From an uncultured virus (IMG/VR IMGVR_UViG_3300030095_002703) (lineage: Duplodnaviria > Heunggongvirae > Uroviricota > Caudoviricetes), in the IMG/VR virus record IMGVR_UViG_3300030095_002703: a stretch of 20,000 nucleotides of DNA; one strand, given 5' to 3'. Below, piece by piece: positions 18,601 to 20,000 of the stretch. The notes under the pieces were generated by a model, which did no database searches, was not told where the DNA came from, and worked only from the letters and a program-made list of their open reading frames with translations. Numbering within the stretch: position 1 is the first letter of the stretch; each line of letters begins with the position of its first letter. Made by a program: the position numbers and the translations under genes.

Positions 18601-18682
18601 CAACTAATATCTGTACAACTTCGTAATCTTCTTGTTCGTACGCACGTTGAATACCTCTTGATAGGTCATCTACATAGGCCAT
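12623..18682 (-). CDS. Very large (2019 aa) putative internal virion/DNA-ejection protein with a zincin-like HExxH domain
   Basis: AAGGA RBS upstream on the minus strand. N-terminal Gly/Ala-rich hydrophobic helices, a long charged low-complexity region, central FDPKTNTITL...VLHEATH...FVAEAFSNP, and a helical C-terminal half. Lies in the block opposite the replication genes. Confidence 0.8.
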   Translation of the reverse strand: MAYVDDLSRGIQRAYEQEDYEVVQILVERLRQEVGKSGSGDSSFFENIASGLGAGAVGMYESAGLGAVALLEEEEELKARKKIQDAANFLRPEGGDKEAISYKLASGVGSIGALLPTALLGPAALPAAGIIAGSAGAGEASERARAGEATEEERNAATRRGILIGLTEVIPLGRIAKRLEIESLSKIMDKLGPDSIDGVMSRVRNAGATGIVEMAQEASAAILQNLNERGYNPEKELLDAGVIEEGMIGGGAGAIVQVLADLISGKRGARTKSPQDEQLGEEEGIAGLLPAPSDDILVSPTGEAGTREQQEEVRRSQERSRREQEAEDEITLGDMPSAAVRIPREQRDLFPEELEQAERTSPTEISDVEIADAMAERAAEEERTKRIEDDDQIKEQPDVIDEVRYSDFQDRTIAERTAAEDIELAEMQRQEDAAKEVDDLEIERMVIADEDKAGLQDIEAQIKERRPSDPQQPALKDIQKRQRTRRRPRTLADTVAEPRTLGSAPEIADVGKILKDANISEATQALIPDSLKTKPKQRRDAAQTGDVFTPPRKTPKKATTPKQVKTEVEAPVDTSSDIRGSIEFPTAVPRGAEFTNPNDVTAINTLLNKKIPRDEKGVEQTAQTYLKKFKRPADAFTAIAFEIAENTPKFRAQKDTPTSEKAKFAGTGGSNTKVTLQWIENNLSPDAKTEIDRRIVEQQKESTKVEKDVTTRAKQEQEDTKIKQRDTKTAIAVDSATDGKAKVVGTSKPKKKAERVVKETPRAERKLSKEEQELARVADAVEKVQGKAKIKPAPKETKESARERIERDTQAFLDTGGKIDVLNLRLDPKEAVALDNDLTVAVKTIIKNGDLKRALQNLAETSTSKRVKQIARALSNNLEGVSIDIANVDGSAVSTFDPKTNTITLDPNTGMTVHSVLHEATHGATVNILNNKSSPVTKQLNVLYNDVKPYLDTAYGAQNLNDFVAEAFSNPVFQRKLASINPKGEKINALQRFLRTVTNLVRRLIGMDAKPLTSALDAADTIIMASLSPNANTRNSGVLDATPDGVKDMLKDMGDIQKLVSSGNKKPFVKNAVDFLNAGKEVNIKTKEVFMKLTGSQALGDIARNVGFGSLGQQLHVAFERQRGGIQKANKKIKAVLADYDAWVKKNGVEAKEALDRLVYHSDYGATIYQVDPNKPQSDYKGKTDSSGNNLEDIWKAQRKDWNALGKSGQDQFNAQRAAYKNLYEALVKIINGEIDALGDGKVTPQKTRLKKQINERLAQARELEVYFPLVRQGKYKLSFDTTIDGRVEPVFLMFENRTQRDNMLEEVKSDPNTVGDPVSYDGETNPSRFKNAPPESFVSDVLDVISASGKDADSAMQEQIMRLFIESLPETSVAKSLQKRKYVLGYDRDVRDAMQNKGYDLTAQIEKMKAVAEIRKIEKEIEAVNFKDAPKGIKQTTFNSVREEMRLRAKFARTGANNKATEKYFQRSNQLAFIYTIGFNASSALVNLSQIPLVVGPFLSGKFGINNTNKAIAQATKFVGASKLSIDEYYDVKDDVYTLKNSVKNKIRKAYPTAKEANEKIAMMERMIPLVKMANDRGQIYHSELRDQLGVDDLGRKSSSNKALRFLDGVSAASAIMFSSAERFNRQVTLTASYNLILDKMNANKKYYSAVDGKFIDVPSSMSERMQKAAEEALYLTQETNGGAVLETAVGYSQQGIGRIALMYKSYGLQMYYSMIKAGKLAINNMYGENANSELRNMALKQLAGIHLAAVFFAGLQGIPLYGAISMLFDLFYFDDEEDDADTAFRKLVDEGWYKGAIAELTGIDVAGRVRLTGLLLQENRFNKDPSLEESLAYYLGGPSLSTANRLYRGIGDLGDGEIERGLENLAPAGLTNFYRSTVGRYAREGGIRTRRSDPIYDDMTFGDFAAQALGFPPVEYTFRQEQNARNKGVERAITQKRTKLTKKFYVAQRMGDHETMGEVLKDIIAHNKRHPTVPITPEQISSSVDAHMRTSAKMHNGVTVNPLMEYAIMRSNMEYRQ

Positions 18683-18699
18683 AGAATATAATCCTTAGT

Positions 18700-19998
18700 C
18701 TAGATTGATGAGGGTAGCGGTACTAATGCATTTGCTCTTGCTTGCGCAGAACCTGCTGATGCGCCTGTTTGTGTAGCACTAGTTTTTCCTAAAGTATTTT
18801 TCATAACTTGTTCAATTTGAGTTTTAAATTGGTTAGTGTATCCACCTTGCGCTTTTAGCTGTAATAAAAACTCTTTATATATCTCTATAAATTCGTCAGT
18901 CTTAGTTTTGTCTTTAAGTTCTTGATATGTACTTTCAATACCTATTAACTGATCTCGAGCCAATTTAACTTTCTCTTTGCTAGCCTTACGATCATTAACT
19001 ATACTATTTAGGCGTTGCATTTCAGGTTGAAGAGCTTTTTCATACTGCGTTCTAAGATCGTTATTCTTATCTTTTAAATCGCTAATAGCTCGCGCAATGT
19101 CTTGTAGACTAGCTTGTGTCTGTATTAACTCTCGTAACCTAGCTTCACCACTAACTCTTATAGCGTCAATCTTATTTTTTATGCCATTTTGATTATTTTG
19201 ATACATTCTATCGGCTTCTTTTTGATACATCTCCAAGTCGCCTTTAGTAACATTAGCCATAGTGTTCATAGCAGCAGCTACGTCTTTAGTATAAGTATCA
19301 AACAATTTTGCGGCATCAGTATTAATATCTTTTATTACCGCATTCTTTTTAGTCTCGTTATCAACATAAGTATTGCGCTGTTCGGTAATAATATCCCGCC
19401 GTCTTTTAGCTACATTTTGATCAAACTTACCTCTAGCTATACTAGCCCCACGACCTGTACCACCTTCAATTAGACCCCTAACGCCCGCCTCAGCTCGCGC
19501 TTTTTCTAACGCTTCAGGATCTAACTGCCTAGCGTCTTCTTCTTCTTGTCGTTTTAAATAATTAGCTAACCCTGTTTGGTATTTTTTAATACCATAACCA
19601 CCTTTTTCTGAGTCGTCAGAAGCTAACCTTGCTAATTCTTTATCTCTTTCTTCTATAGGGTTTATATCCATACGTGTGTCTAACTTACCCATAAACTCAT
19701 CACCTAAAGCGGTACTTAATTGAGTTTGGTCTATCCCTGAAGTGTCTGGCGCAGGGGTATCAAGCACATCTTGTAGTTGTTGATCTACACTAGGTGTAGG
19801 TGTAGGTGTTTGAGCTGACGTTCTAAGTACTCCTAAACCACCCATGTCAGCTATTGTTTTATCCTTATCCTTATCCTCTGCATATTTTGCTTCAACTTCA
19901 GCGTCAATTTTTGCTATGGACGCATCTACGTCATCAGATATTTTTTGGTCAAGTGCGCCTAATCCTTTACCTATACCGTAAATGCCCGCGCCGGTTGC
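18700..19998 (-). CDS. Coiled-coil putative virion/ejection protein, 5'-partial
   Basis: The frame of ORF 18700..19845 has no stop from 19846 to the window end (reads ...GAGIYGIGKGLGALDQKISDDVDASIAKIDAEVEAKYAEDKDKDKTIAD-MGG...). Helical, Q/E/K-rich. Confidence 0.75.
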   Translation of the reverse strand, partial: ATGAGIYGIGKGLGALDQKISDDVDASIAKIDAEVEAKYAEDKDKDKTIADMGGLGVLRTSAQTPTPTPSVDQQLQDVLDTPAPDTSGIDQTQLSTALGDEFMGKLDTRMDINPIEERDKELARLASDDSEKGGYGIKKYQTGLANYLKRQEEEDARQLDPEALEKARAEAGVRGLIEGGTGRGASIARGKFDQNVAKRRRDIITEQRNTYVDNETKKNAVIKDINTDAAKLFDTYTKDVAAAMNTMANVTKGDLEMYQKEADRMYQNNQNGIKNKIDAIRVSGEARLRELIQTQASLQDIARAISDLKDKNNDLRTQYEKALQPEMQRLNSIVNDRKASKEKVKLARDQLIGIESTYQELKDKTKTDEFIEIYKEFLLQLKAQGGYTNQFKTQIEQVMKNTLGKTSATQTGASAGSAQARANALVPLPSSI

Positions 19999-20000
19999 GG

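Noticed and set aside
19790..19880. Short tandem repeats (aggtgt)x3 and (atcctt)x2-3
   Set aside because: They encode TPTPTP and DKDKDK low-complexity linkers in frame, and are ordinary coding microrepeats.
1..20000. Alternative genetic code, tRNA genes, introns or inteins
   Set aside because: Standard code gives dense, full-length genes ending in TAA, TAG and TGA. No cloverleaf with a T-loop consensus was seen in the spacers. Polymerase and helicase motifs are normally spaced with no insertions.

Overview
AT-rich fragment of a tailed dsDNA phage (Caudoviricetes) genome with two convergent gene blocks. The + strand (1-12554) is an early/replication module: three hypothetical proteins, a small membrane protein missed by the ORF track, a VRR-NUC nuclease, a DUF3310 protein, a family A DNA polymerase (Leu762 variant), a Cas4-like PD-(D/E)XK nuclease, a small HNH-like protein, a SNF2 helicase, an excisionase-like HTH protein, two tandem putative ssDNA-binding/recombination proteins and a primase-DUF927 helicase fusion. 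The fusion is interrupted by a 10-N scaffold gap that artificially joins it to a small downstream gene. The - strand (12623-20000) carries a 2019-aa virion/ejection-type protein with an HExxH motif and a 5'-truncated coiled-coil protein. An intrinsic terminator separates the blocks. The most interesting signals are non-coding: a ~210-nt leader before the SNF2 helicase that can fold into two tandem pseudoknots plus a terminator-like hairpin, and a multi-stem leader that can occlude the primase RBS. The two tandem SSB-like genes also share a duplicated SPFxxVDGFE motif. All family calls are from motif recognition and all RNA structures are hand-folded; no searches were run.
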